Assembly (NCBI RefSeq): GCF_001194135.2
Contig: NC_068990.1
Coordinates: 25,707,354 to 25,771,353, forward strand
Source of the DNA: Octopus bimaculoides
Lineage: Eukaryota
Length of the DNA stretch: 64,000 nucleotides
Direction: 5' to 3'
Part shown: positions 63,004-64,000 of the stretch, piece after piece
How the letters are laid out: every line of letters begins with the position of its first letter
How positions within the stretch are numbered: position 1 is the stretch's first letter
Notes under the pieces: model-generated
The model's input: the letters and a program-made list of their open reading frames with translations, nothing else
What the model was told of the DNA's origin: nothing
Databases searched by the model: none
Translations under genes and position numbers: made by a program

Positions 63004-64000
63004 TCCATCTATCAAATCCATTCGCAAGGCTTTGGTTGGCCCAAGGGTGAAGACACTTGTCCAGGGCACCGCACAGCGGGACTGAACTGGGAAAACGTGG
63101 TTGGGAAGCAAACTTCTTACCACACAGCCATGCCTTCACCTTGCATAGCCTTTTTAAAAAATATAAATCTAAAATAACTTTTTCTGGAGGAAAAAAAGTC
63201 AAAACGGAAAAATTACTGGAAGAGAGGAGAGGTGGGTGTGAAAAAAATCCACTCTACCTGGCTAAAGGGAAATTAAAAAAATTACTGTTTTTTTTTTTTT
63301 ATTCTGGCAGAACTGTAATTTATGATGCTTAAAACATCAAACATCCATCACATAGCTTTTCTTCTTTTTTTATGGGTGGGTGGGGCACTAGATAATTTCC
63401 AACTCTATTCTCCAAAAACACCAAATTTTAATCATGCAGAGAGAGATTGAGATTAAAGGCAAGATGTGATGTTCATAAGCACTTCTTGAATAACGAACTT
63501 ATGAGTGCTCCAGTTGGGACTGTCTTTTACTTGTTCCAGTCATTAGACTCCGGCTGGCACCATCTACACAGATAAATGCAATGTTCATATGAAGAACTAA
63601 TTAAATAAAATCACAGGTTTTCACAAGCAGGGACTGTAACACAACCTGATCTCTGATATTCCAGCAATGGATTCCCCTTTTAGTGCATTATCATTCCATA
63701 AAATGTGTTTATGGGGGAGAAAAATATTGAAAAACATCAATACATGTCAGAGTGACAAAGAAACGAGGAAGGTATCAGGTGGTGGTGAGATGTGCTAAAA
63801 ACAACAGCTAAATCGCACTTAAATCAGTTATTTTTTTTTCATATGAATTTCCGTGTGAAGAATACAAATTCGCAAAAATTTTCTGAAAATTCCAAAAAAT
63901 GGAAAAGTTCTGAGGGATGCTTAAACCAGAATCCTTGTGGATCCATTCCTCTGATTAACAACGTGATATTTTTGTAAACGTGTAAATTTAAACTGAAAGT

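Noticed and set aside
49160-64000. MTAP first coding exon
   Set aside because: Expected to be only a few codons; no candidate ATG..AAG|gt could be distinguished from background.

Overview
AT-rich, repeat-dense eukaryotic genomic DNA with eight N-gaps. The repeat families and microsatellite load suggest a coleoid cephalopod, probably Octopus (inference). Two convergent intron-containing genes are present. RNF11 (+) has its last two coding exons here (14697-14845, 18942-19116); its first exon was not found. MTAP (-) has seven internal coding exons (260 codons, 49159 to 33053); its first and last exons are unresolved. Most of the rest is 5'-truncated RTE LINE 3' ends, several tRNA-derived SINE families, MITEs with diagnostic TIR/TSD pairs (Tc1/mariner, Tigger, hAT, piggyBac, Merlin-like) and microsatellites. 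The most interesting signal is a set of seven minimal type I hammerhead ribozyme motifs: five essentially complete, one degenerate, one truncated. They come from several unrelated Penelope-like (PLE) families and mostly have palindromic stem III (the dimer-cleaving type). Two sit in a ~395-bp inverted pLTR pair (50644-51491). One is fused behind a tRNA-like Pol III head, forming a putative PLE-mobilised hammerhead SINE with an inverted 5' tip (62764-63003). All structures and alignments were read by eye; no searches or folding programs were run.
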